Shown here: positions 53,941 through 64,000 of the stretch, in pieces
How the letters are laid out: every line of letters starts with the position of its first letter
How positions within the stretch are numbered: position 1 is the stretch's first letter
Assembly: GCF_006345805.1 (NCBI RefSeq)
Contig: NC_043011.1
Location: forward strand, 54,944,464 to 55,008,463
From: Octopus sinensis
Lineage: Eukaryota
Reading direction: 5' to 3'
DNA: 64,000 nucleotides
Translations under genes and position numbers: made by a program
The notes under the pieces: model-generated
Told to the model about the DNA's origin: nothing
Databases searched by the model: none
The model's input: only the letters and a program-made list of their open reading frames with translations

Positions 53941-54053
53941 TCAAAAAAATTGTCTTCTATATCTTGCTCACTTTGATCCAAACTAAGAGTTATTTTACTA
54001 GCATTGATATAAAGAATATTCGGTAAAGGTGGCACGGGTGGTACTTCAGCTTC
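53941..54053 (-). CDS. METTL24-like methyltransferase, stem exon
   Basis: cttgcag|GAA...TTTGA|gtgagt; 113 nt, phase 0 to 2, exactly bridging the neighbouring exons. Encodes EAEVPPVPPLPNILY...DNFF. Confidence 0.75.
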
Positions 54054-55576
54054 CTGCAAGACATAAATACAGACTAAGTTAAATTAGACTTTCCAGATAT
54101 TCAGTGAAATACAGAACAGAGTTCTCTCTGCCCCACAATCTATCATATCTGCCATCCTCTTCTTCCTTTATATCAACAACCTGCTTGCCGTCACCTCCAC
54201 CAATGCAACCTTTCATAAACAATACCATTTTCTCTTCCAACCAACCTTCCATATCCAACTGAGACACTTCATGCCAAGAGAGAAAGTTTTCCAACAATTG
54301 AAAGGCACAATCAATACACATATCCAGAAAACATCATTGCACTTCATCTCTCCTAAATATAAGCAGTGCACAACTAAACCCTCAACATTGCTACAAATGC
54401 TAAACCTCACTGTAACTGAGGATATCTTACGGTTCATGCACATCCTCAACAAAGCAAGGACTGGCTTTCCTCTTCCCAACCACAAAATATTTCACGCCCC
54501 AACAATTATCACCCTTTTACAAAAGCTCATGTGAGACTCACACTGGCACAGGACTTGGTATAATCTAACTGTTACACTCACACACACAGACATCATAGAC
54601 TACACCAAAAGGAAAGGCCATCTGACTGATTGACATGAACACACTCACCAACACATTCCAATTTCTGGCTCATAGATGTACCTCTTCCTTTTTTATCAAT
54701 ACTTCACTGACCTCTGCTGGTCTTGTGCCGCATCCACTCAAGTAATCCCAGTCCACTTGTTTCTCTTCTTATAAAATAATAATAATGAAATTATTGTATG
54801 CAGTACTGAGGTGCACCACAACTTGTCAGACAGTGCATCATATAAAGTATATGCAGTAATGTACAAATGTCTGGAAAGCGAACAATGCATGGGTCAGATA
54901 TATGCTTGTGTATGTATGGAGGGGAGAAAATCAGGTGTAGTGTTGGCGAATCTCAGAAAGCATGGAAGTTTTGAAGGATGCAGTGCTCCGACAACCATGT
55001 TGTATCCACTCCTTCAGGCCGCCCTACTCTCTAACAACTGTGGCCATTGGATTGTTGACATTCAAGAGGAATATTAACTGCATTGAAATCACCAATCTTG
55101 GAGGAGTTAAGAAAGTCATGGTTACAGCTCCTTCCTCCAACCTTTCCATCCCCAAATAAAGGAATCCTTTATCATAAAAAAACTGAATAATTCCAATGAG
55201 TAAACAGGTTTCTTCGCTCATATAAACACCAAACTGAGACAAAAATGAGGCATTGGGTCCATTAACAAGATCCAAACCAGGCTAATATAATAATGGCTTC
55301 ACCTGGGAAAAGCCTGCCTCACACCTGTTTCACTGCAACCATTCTACAGAGTTCAAGTGTAAATTTAATTAAAAGCTTGGCATTTGAATTATTAAAGTCT
55401 TCATCAACTTCATGTCCATTTTTCATGCTCTATTGGTTGGACAGAATTTGTTGACAGATTTTCTATGGCCAGATGCCCTTCCTATTTTTGATCTTTGAGA
55501 CACTCACCCTCAACATCACATTCTGTCAAGACAATGAAGCACCAGCTCACACCTGACACACACAAGTACACACGCA

Positions 55577-55627
<51 letters not shown>

Positions 55628-55914
55628 CAAATAAGAAAATGGAGAAACAAATTAGGTTTGTTCATCAACTTACGGATATTATAATGCTGGATTATTTATT
55701 CATTTTACAAATGAGAACATCAAAAGCATACAAAATATTATATAAAACAATAGATCTTAGAAGTCATAGTATAAATTAATGAAATCCTAAAAATTACTTC
55801 TTACAGCTGTTTCAGCCTATGGTCAAAAGTAAAGTTAATTTTCATTGCCTATAGATGTCAACATACTAAGGTTGTAGGCATTTAAAAAATATAATACTTA
55901 TATATTACACGGCA

Positions 55915-56335
55915 GGTAAGAAAATAGAAAGGATATAAAGTGAACAGAAATCAGCCGGTAAACATTCAAGTATGTCTATTTATTCAAATGTATTGGATGA
56001 ATACACACACACACACATGTATGAGTGATACAGATTAATGAGTGGAAAAAGCTGGTAACTGCATAGACAAGGGTGAGCATACATACAAGTATATAGAAAC
56101 AAATGAGCAAAAATATAAATGGGTGTGCAGGTACTAACCCCTAACCCATAACCCATTTATATTTTTGCTCATGTATTCACACCCTTGTCTATGCAGTTAC
56201 CAGCTTTTTCCACTCATTAATCTGTATCACTCATACATGTGTGTGTATTCATCCAATACATTTGAATAAATAGACATAATTGAATGTTTACTGGCTGATG
56301 TCTGTCTATTTTATATCCTCTCCGTTTTCTTACTT
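55915..56335. repeat. Intronic fold-back with long arms
   Basis: 55950-56076 pairs with 56180-56299, and 56103-56124 pairs with 56151-56172. Confidence 0.88.
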
Positions 56336-56508
56336 GACATACAAATCATGGGTAGATCACTTTTATACCCCCGTCCATATATAATACTCAATTGTGAGAT
56401 TGCCATGCAATAACTAGCACTTGACTATGAATAATTGGGTACACTACCAGCAGTATATTGGATAGGTATTATCCCTTAGTTGGTTTCTCAACCTGTAACT
56501 CACACAGA

Positions 56509-56560
<52 letters not shown>

Positions 56561-57335
56561 CGTGTGTTTTTATTGGCTAAACTGGCAAAATGACCATTCC
56601 GAAATATAGCAATATATATATATATGAACTTCTGCAAAATCAAAATTTTGTTTTAATAAATGGCCCAGAAAAATGCTAAATTCTCGGAGGATGGGATCAT
56701 GAAGCTGCCTCAAAGATAGTGAAAGAGAGTGGAACAAAATGAGGCATATGTGATTTATTTATATATAAATATCTAAATATTGTTTTTTAATTTTACTTTA
56801 AAATGGTACAAACTTTTGTTCCAACCCAATATATATATTGGGAGAGTTTACGAAAAAAAACAAAAGACGAAGACAGGTGGTGTACAAAACGACAGATGTA
56901 TTAGTATAACACTCAGGAATAGAAAAGTCTTTTACGTTTCGAGCCTACGCTCTTCTACAGAAATGGACACAGAAAAAACAAGGAGACACACACATATAGT
57001 CATCTCAGAACCTATAAGTCAGAAAAATAGGCACTCATATATTTGTCAATAGAGTGGTATATAAACCAAAGTATACAGTATTTGTGTATATGTGTATGTG
57101 TACACACACACACACGACAGGCTTCTTTCAGTTTCTGCCTACCAAATCCACTCACAAGGCTTTTTGTTGGTCTGGGGCTATAATAGAAAATAGTTGCTTG
57201 AAGTACGTGCAGTGGGAACGAACCTGGAACAAAATGGTTGAAAAGGAGCAGAGCCATGCATATGCCTGAAGTGAAGTCTGAAATTTTGTTTTAATAAATG
57301 CCATATTCAGAAAGCTGTATAAAAGTGACACCTAC

Positions 57336-57491
57336 GTCTTTTATTGGACTCCAAATCACTGGAAGGTCCCATGAATCTTTGGCCGGTATTACTTTAACTC
57401 GTTGACTGAATACAATATAAAGTAACAGAGTGACGACAACTCCACATGCAAAGAACATTCGAAGAAAAAACCATCTCTTCCTTGGGCTTGT
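57336..57491 (-). CDS. METTL24-like methyltransferase, signal-anchor exon
   Basis: Minus strand tttgtag|ACA...GAC|gtaggt. Encodes TSPRKRWFFLRMFFACGVVVTLLLYIVFSQRVK... (basic residues then a TM helix). In-frame ATG at 57458; the true start exon is uncertain. Confidence 0.7.
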
Positions 57492-58554
57492 CTACAAATA
57501 AATATTAAAAAGAAAACATTATAAACAGTAAAAGCAGATGTCGGGGGAAAAAATTGATTCATTTGCAGATTGTTTGAATAATTAACTTTATAACTGGTTA
57601 TTTCTCCCTATTACGATATACTTGGCTATAATGTAAGAATACTATTTTCAGCTGAGATATGCCATAAATTGAAACAAGCAGAGTTATGTACCTTGCTTCG
57701 AAATCGCCTTACTATAAATTTAACCCAGATTCTTAGCGTAAATCTAATAGGGGTAGATTTTCTCTTCGCAAAGGAGCACTTGTTGTTTTGAGTAACTTCT
57801 TTGTCAATACTTTTTCAAGAAATATTTCTAAACAACTGTTGCCAGATGTGTTAATCATACAATCTCACAAACAATAACACTGAGCACCTCTTCAAACTCC
57901 ACCCATCTAACACCCGTGGACATATTTACAAAGTAAGAAAACAGCACAGCTCCCATGACTTCAGGAAACATTTTTTCACGCTAAGAGTTGCTGAAGCGTG
58001 GAACAAACTGCCGGCATCGGTTGTTAGTTGTCGGAGCACTGCATCCTTCAAAACTTCCATGCTTCCTGAGATTCGCCAACACTATACTTGATTTTCTCCC
58101 CTCCATACACACACAAGCATGTTCACTTTCCAGACATTTCTACATTACTGCATGTACTTTATATGCACTTTCTGACAAGTTGTGGTGCACCTGAGCACTG
58201 TATACAATAATTTCATTATATTATAATGATACAAATCATAAAAATATCATAATTAGTTTATGAGTAGGCAGCCGAGCAATCAAACTCTATCAACCATCAC
58301 TGTCTCTCTAACAAACAAATCATTTTGTAAGCTACAAAGTTTATCTACATATTGCGGAGTTAACTTATTGTAGATTAAGACCTGTTCGAAGGCAAGCATT
58401 GATTTTTATATCGTTATTCATTGAATAGGCGAAGTTCCATGGAGATATTTGCAAGATATTACAAACTTCCTGCGACAAAAGTGTGTTATTTGAAATAATA
58501 TTAATTCCATGTTCGAAGGTTTAAAATACCAAACCTTTTTATCATAGACACTTT

Positions 58555-58966
58555 GGATCATTTCGGTTTGAACGGCAGTTTTTTAAAATAATTTCCACGT
58601 AACTAAAAATTTTAAAATTTCGTATACTGGTAGAATGTGTTTATAAAACATCTTTTTCTCTTGGCTTTATTGAGAAAATTCTATATGTTTATAAGATATT
58701 TATTGTTATTTTTCTTCAATTTCTGCAATTTCAACCAATCAATGACGTCTATTGAGGTGAAAAACATTCTATGCCGTATGAATATGTCCTTCATTTAAGA
58801 AACAGATTGGGTTTATTTACATTTCTGAAGAAAAAAGATACCCTTCCCCCCACCCCTAACCCTAAAACAGATTGAAATGCAATAGATCGATACTAGGGTC
58901 ATAATTATGGGTGACATTTTCATATGATACCGCTACAAAAAACTGCCGTTCAAACCGAAAAGATCC
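58555..58966. mobile_element. MITE with ~28-bp TIRs and an 8-bp target-site duplication (Merlin-like)
   Basis: TIRs ggatcatttcggtttgaacggcagtttt / aaaactgccgttcaaaccgaaaagatcc. TSD gacacttt at 58547-58554 and 58967-58974. Confidence 0.85.
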
Positions 58967-59167
58967 GACACTTTTATATATTTCCTGGCAGTGTAGTTGA
59001 ATAAGAGACTTGCCACTTTATAAAACTTTATTTTCTTTCTATATGGAACACATTCTTTTTTCTTTAAACATTATAGAGAAGATTCAAATAGTTTTATGGA
59101 CTCTAAAAATATACAGCATGAAGCGAATTTTATTTGCCAGTTCCCTACTACGTCATTGTTTTTGGAT

Positions 59168-59537
59168 ATGAGCACCTTTTCAAACTCCACCTGTCTAACA
59201 CCCGTGGACATGTGTACAAAGTCAGAAAACAGCACAGCTCCCATGACTTTCGGAAACATTTTTTCACTCCAAGAGTTGCTGAAGCATGGAACAAACTGCC
59301 GGCATCAGTTGTTAGTTGTCGGAGCACTGCATCCTTCAAAACTTCCATGCTTCCTGAGATTCGCCAACACTACACCTGATTTTCTCCCCTCCATACACAT
59401 GCAAGCATGTATCTGACTCATTCACTGTTCGCTTCCCAGACATTTGTACATTACTGCATATGCTTTATACGCACTTTTGACAAGTTGTGGTGCACCTGAG
59501 CACTGTATACAATAATTTCATTATTATTATTATTATT
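59168..59537 (+). mobile_element. CR1-type LINE 3' end (other copies about 1335-1605 +, 54775-54995 -, 57880-58220 +, 63250-63358 +)
   Basis: TRGHVYKVRK....DFRKHFF..RVAEAWNKLP..VV...ST..FK is the typical CR1 C-terminus; (ATT)n tail. Confidence 0.85.
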
Positions 59538-60496
59538 CAAAATAGGTATTTCTTTCTTATTCATCACTTTGCCAATTAATTCAAAACTATGTGTGATGGA
59601 AATGAAGGAGTAATTATTTGAAATGTCCCCAAGAAACATCCCTCTCCCCATAGTTGTCATTTACTAAACACCAAACAGATCTTATCTACAGCAAGCATTG
59701 AACTGAGCCATGCTGGGGCATTGTCTTGAAGGGTTCTAATCAAATGAATTGACCCTAGTATTTTTTTTTTAATGTTTATACCTGGTATATATATTCTATC
59801 ACACTTTTTGCAGAACTGTTAAGTTAGAGGGACATAAACAAACCAACACCGATTTTCAAGCAGTGGTAGGGGGAAAAGGCCCATTCACAAGGTTTTAGAC
59901 AGTCCATGACTATTGTAGAAAATGCTTTCTCATGGTGTAACACAGTGGGACTTGAACCTAGAACTATATGGTTGGGAAACAAACTTCTTACAGCAACAAT
60001 ATATACATATAGATCTATATATATAATAATATATACATATAGATCTATATATATAATAATATATACATATATTCATGGCCGTTGCCAGCCTCGCCTGGCC
60101 CCCGTGCCGGTGGCATGTAAAAAGCACCATCCGTTCGTGGCCATTGCCAGCCTCGCCTGGACCCCGTGCCGGTGGCACGTAAAAAGCACCATCCGTCCGT
60201 GGCTGTTCGCCAGCTCCGTCTGGCACCTGTGGGGGTGGCACGTAAAAAGCACCCACTACACTCACGGAGTGGTTGGCGTTAGGAAGGGCATCCAGCCGTA
60301 GAAACACTGCCAGATCAGACTGGGCCTGATGCAGCCTTCTGGCTTCACAGACCTCAGTTGAACTGTCCAACCCATGCTAGCATGGAAAGCGGACGCTAAA
60401 TGATGATGATGATGATATAGATCTATATATATAATAATATATACATAGCTATATAGAATTTTTTGCGTAATGAGATAAAAAAAAAACAAGGCTGTA

Positions 60497-60747
60497 TAGA
60501 TATGAGAGCATTTATAGATAGAAGGTCTTACAGCTGTTTCTAGAATATTAATTAATAATAATATCCCTTCATCGGAGACGGTGTGAGAGGAAAAATTAAG
60601 TCATAGTTAGTTTTGATGTGATACAAATTGAAACTAACTATGACTTAATTTTTCCTCTCACACCGTCTCCGATGAAGGGATATTATTATTAATTAATATT
60701 CTAGAAACAGCTGTAAGACCTTCTATCTATAAATGCTCTCACATCTA
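60497..60747. repeat. Near-perfect fold-back with ~115-bp arms
   Basis: tagatatgagagcatttatag...agttagttt / aaactaact...aaatgctctcacatcta. Confidence 0.92.
60665..60719 (+). ncRNA. Hammerhead-like motif (U4C core variant), with a mirror copy on - at 60525-60579
   Basis: gtct-CCGATGA-agggatatt..aatattcta-GAAA-CAGCTG-TA-agac. Confidence 0.55.
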
Positions 60748-60841
60748 CGTCTTTTATTGGACTCCAAATCACTGGAAGGTCCCATGAATCTGTGGCCGGT
60801 ATTACTTTAACTCGTTGACTGAATACAATATAAAGTAACAG
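60745..60841 (-). other. Duplicated fragment of the METTL24-like signal-anchor exon
   Basis: About 97 bp matching 57332-57428 with one visible mismatch, in the same orientation. Confidence 0.9.
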
Positions 60842-63053
60842 CCAAGTGAAATCATAGTTTTGTGGTTGATGCAGGTGTCACATAACTGGCACCTGTGCAG
60901 GTGATACATAAAAGCACCCATGACAGTGGTACATAAAAAGTACCCATTACACTCTTGTAGTGGTTGGCATTAAGAAGGGCGTCCAGCCATAGAAACCATG
61001 CCAAACCAGATTGGAACCTGGTGCAGTTCTCTGAGTCATCAGATCCAGTCAAACCGTCTAACCCATGACAGCATGAAAAGCAGATGCCAAATGATGATGA
61101 TAATGACGTCTAACCATACATACTCATTACTGCTTCCAGAAATAAACAACAGGTAGCCAGTATTAACTCACCTTGTCTGAATCACCAGCTTACAGAGGTT
61201 AGTGTTTTTCCCACCCACAATTTCCAATCATCATCATCATTTAATGTCCGCTTTCCATGCTAGCATGGGTTGAACGATTTTGACTGAGGGCTGGCAAACC
61301 AGATGGCTGCACCAGGCTCCAATCTTGATTTGGCAGAGTTTCTACAGCTGGATGCCCTTCCTAACACCAACCACTCCGAGAGTGTTGTGGGTACTTTTTA
61401 CATGCCACTGGCATAGGGGCCAGTCAGGCAGTACTGGCAATGACCTCTCTCGAATTTCCAATGTGGCTAACACAATAAACAACAGTATTAACCTCTGTAT
61501 TCAACTGATTCAATAAGAGAACTTCTCTGTAGATGACAGATCAACCAATTCTCCCTCAAATTACATGCCACCATCTTAAAGGAGTATACATTGGCTGATG
61601 TAATAAGAAAAAAAAAGACAGAATGGGCATGGATGGATTGCCTGTGATCAAAAGTTTGCTTAATCATGTCTAAAAAATAGCAATAACAACTAGTATTCAA
61701 ACTCACACAGGGTACTCGGGTTCCAGAATTAAGGCTTAAGAATCAACAGAAGGCAGCAGGAGCGGCTGAATGGCTCAAGTGGCTATTTATGCAACCTCAT
61801 GATCTTCCATAAATAACAAGACAAATCTACCTTAAATCATACCCAACTATCTTCACAGAAATACCTGTGATCAAAGGTCTGCTCAATCAGAAGCCACCTT
61901 GATTAACGAGCAAGAAATACAACTGAACATAAAGACAGAGTTGAATCAATTGAGATTGATGTGTAAAGATGAAAAAATGCTAGCTTTAAGCATAACTCTG
62001 TAGCAAGTGTTGGTAAGGCTGTGGTTAACAAACTTCCTTTGTAACCACAACGTTTCAGGTTCAGTCCCACTGTACAGTGCCTTAAAAAAGTGTCTTCTAC
62101 CATAGCCCCAGACCAACCAATGCCTTGTGAGTGAATTTGGTAAACAGAAACTGTGTAGAAGCCTAGCATGTATGTGTGTGCGTATGTGATCCCTCTACCA
62201 CTTGACAACTGGTGTTGGTTTGTTTACATCTCTGTAGCTTAGTGATTCAGCAAGAGAAATGCAGAAGTGCCAGACTTTAAAAAAATAAGTACTGGGGTCA
62301 ATTTGTTCAAATAAACCCGTAAAGGTGGCGCCCCAGCATGGCCGCAATCCAATGACTAAAACCAGGAAAAGAGATAAAAGATACAGCTGAGTGAAAGGAG
62401 GAAGGCTTGTGTCGTTTTGCAACAAACTGGACACTACTAAAAGCAGCTTAGGTCCAGCCGATGGTAATTAATGTAGGCGAAGTCCATCACCCAAAAGACT
62501 TCTTATAGTTTGCTATAAGTTGATTAAATTTCAGTTACAACAATTTGGTAGAAGATAGTCACTGTAGGTGTAATAGAATTGAACCCTAAACCAATTGGTG
62601 GAGTTTGTGAATAGTTATCTCATGAAACCCCATACCCCAACGAAAAGGAAAGGGTACGGATGTGGAGAGAAAAATATTTGTTTTTCAGAATCGTAATTTC
62701 CATTGTATGAAAAACATAAATACTAATACCAAAGAAACAATAAAAAAAAAAACGCTTTTCTTTCCCACAGGTATGGGATTCGAGGGATAGCTTGTAGTCC
62801 AAGTTTTGTAAATATATCAGTATGTTACTAAATATAAACAAGGGCTTTCCATGTAGTTCAGTAGTATCAAAATCCATAAATGTTTGAAAATCGTCTCCTT
62901 TCACGCTGATAATCATTAATTTTGACCAGGTTGTACGTCTTGGTGACCCAAGAAGGGGAAATCGGAACGTAGTATTCAAATTACGGATTTCTCTTCAGGA
63001 TTAATTTACGTTTTTACGTAAGAAAAAAATTAAAAGACTATATACACAGCCAC

Positions 63054-63089
<36 letters not shown>

Positions 63090-63330
63090 CAAAACAGCAT
63101 GATTAGGATTCCGCACTAGCACGTTATCCGATCAAACTGTTTTGAATTCTATATGAAACTCCCAATAAATATGTTGAGGCGCCCTTTCTTTCGTTTGTCT
63201 ACTCTCTCTCTCATATATATATATATATATGCATCCTTTAAGGCCCTCATGCTTTCCGAAATCCGCCGAAACTACACCTGATTATACATACACTTTAGAT
63301 GAGTTGTAGTGCACCTGAGCACTGTACACA

Positions 63331-63390
<60 letters not shown>

Positions 63391-63634
63391 GCGCTTCTAA
63401 TCATTCGTTACCTTTATGTTTTCCATGTTACTTAGACGACTTCTTTTTTCCTATTACAGATGAGGAAGTGTAATTAACAAGTCATGATTAAAATTTTGTC
63501 GAATGTCTACGTAGAAATTAAAGGTAACAAGACCTCTCACTCTCTCTCTCTCTCTCTCTATTAAACACACACATACAACACAAATAAATGAATGAAGGAC
63601 AATATCACTATATAGGTTTCTGTGCCGTTAACGC

Positions 63635-63672
<38 letters not shown>

Positions 63673-64000
63673 TATACAAATTGTAAGGGTGGGTGCTACA
63701 CAGGTAATAGCCATCAACATTTAAAAATACGAAGAGCATTTGAATTTATATATATATATATATATACACTGGAGAAACTCTTTCAAAAGTATTCCGCAAT
63801 TCCGTAAAAAAATTTTTATTTCTTTAATTTTTTTCACCCAAATCCTTTACGTATTTTTTGTTTATGTGTGTGTGTAAGTGTTGCTCATAAATATACTTAC
63901 ATACACATACATAAACACAGAAAAAATAAACGATTCAGGTGAAAAAAAAAATGAAGTAAAATAAGGTGAACGGAAATTGCAGATTAAATAGTTTCACTTT

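Noticed and set aside
60745-60880. Duplicated exon fragment as a functional alternative exon
   Set aside because: An in-frame TGA lies shortly upstream with no AG acceptor or in-frame ATG in between, and half of the TM helix is missing.
62620-62979. 119-aa minus-strand ORF as the first exon of the methyltransferase
   Set aside because: No recognisable motif and no convincing in-phase donor. Candidate donors at about 61171 and 57691 also lack a supported ATG.

Overview
This is AT-rich, repeat-dense animal genomic DNA. The tRNA-derived SINE families and (TA)n/(TACA)n/(ATG)n microsatellites suggest an octopus or other cephalopod, which is an inference. Three host genes are supported. (1) The 3' part of an AA15-type lytic polysaccharide monooxygenase on + (exons 5011-5389 and 6929-8220), with a long basic linker and two C-terminal 6-Cys modules. 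(2) A 424-aa ORF on - (28846-30120) with an N-terminal hydrophobic segment and six cationic ~40-aa repeats separated by KR/KK, which I cannot assign to any family. (3) A METTL24/Methyltransf_22-like type II membrane methyltransferase on -, rebuilt by hand from six phase-compatible GT-AG exons (57491 down to 42818). The rest is mobile DNA: two Helitron remnants, a Tc1/mariner, RTE and CR1 LINE remnants, two Penelope-like elements, MITEs and many SINEs. Several long fold-back repeats carry or flank type I hammerhead-ribozyme-like motifs with palindromic stem III; two of these motifs have canonical cores. Most short ORFs in the track are microsatellite or SINE artefacts. Transposon boundaries are approximate and were read by eye.
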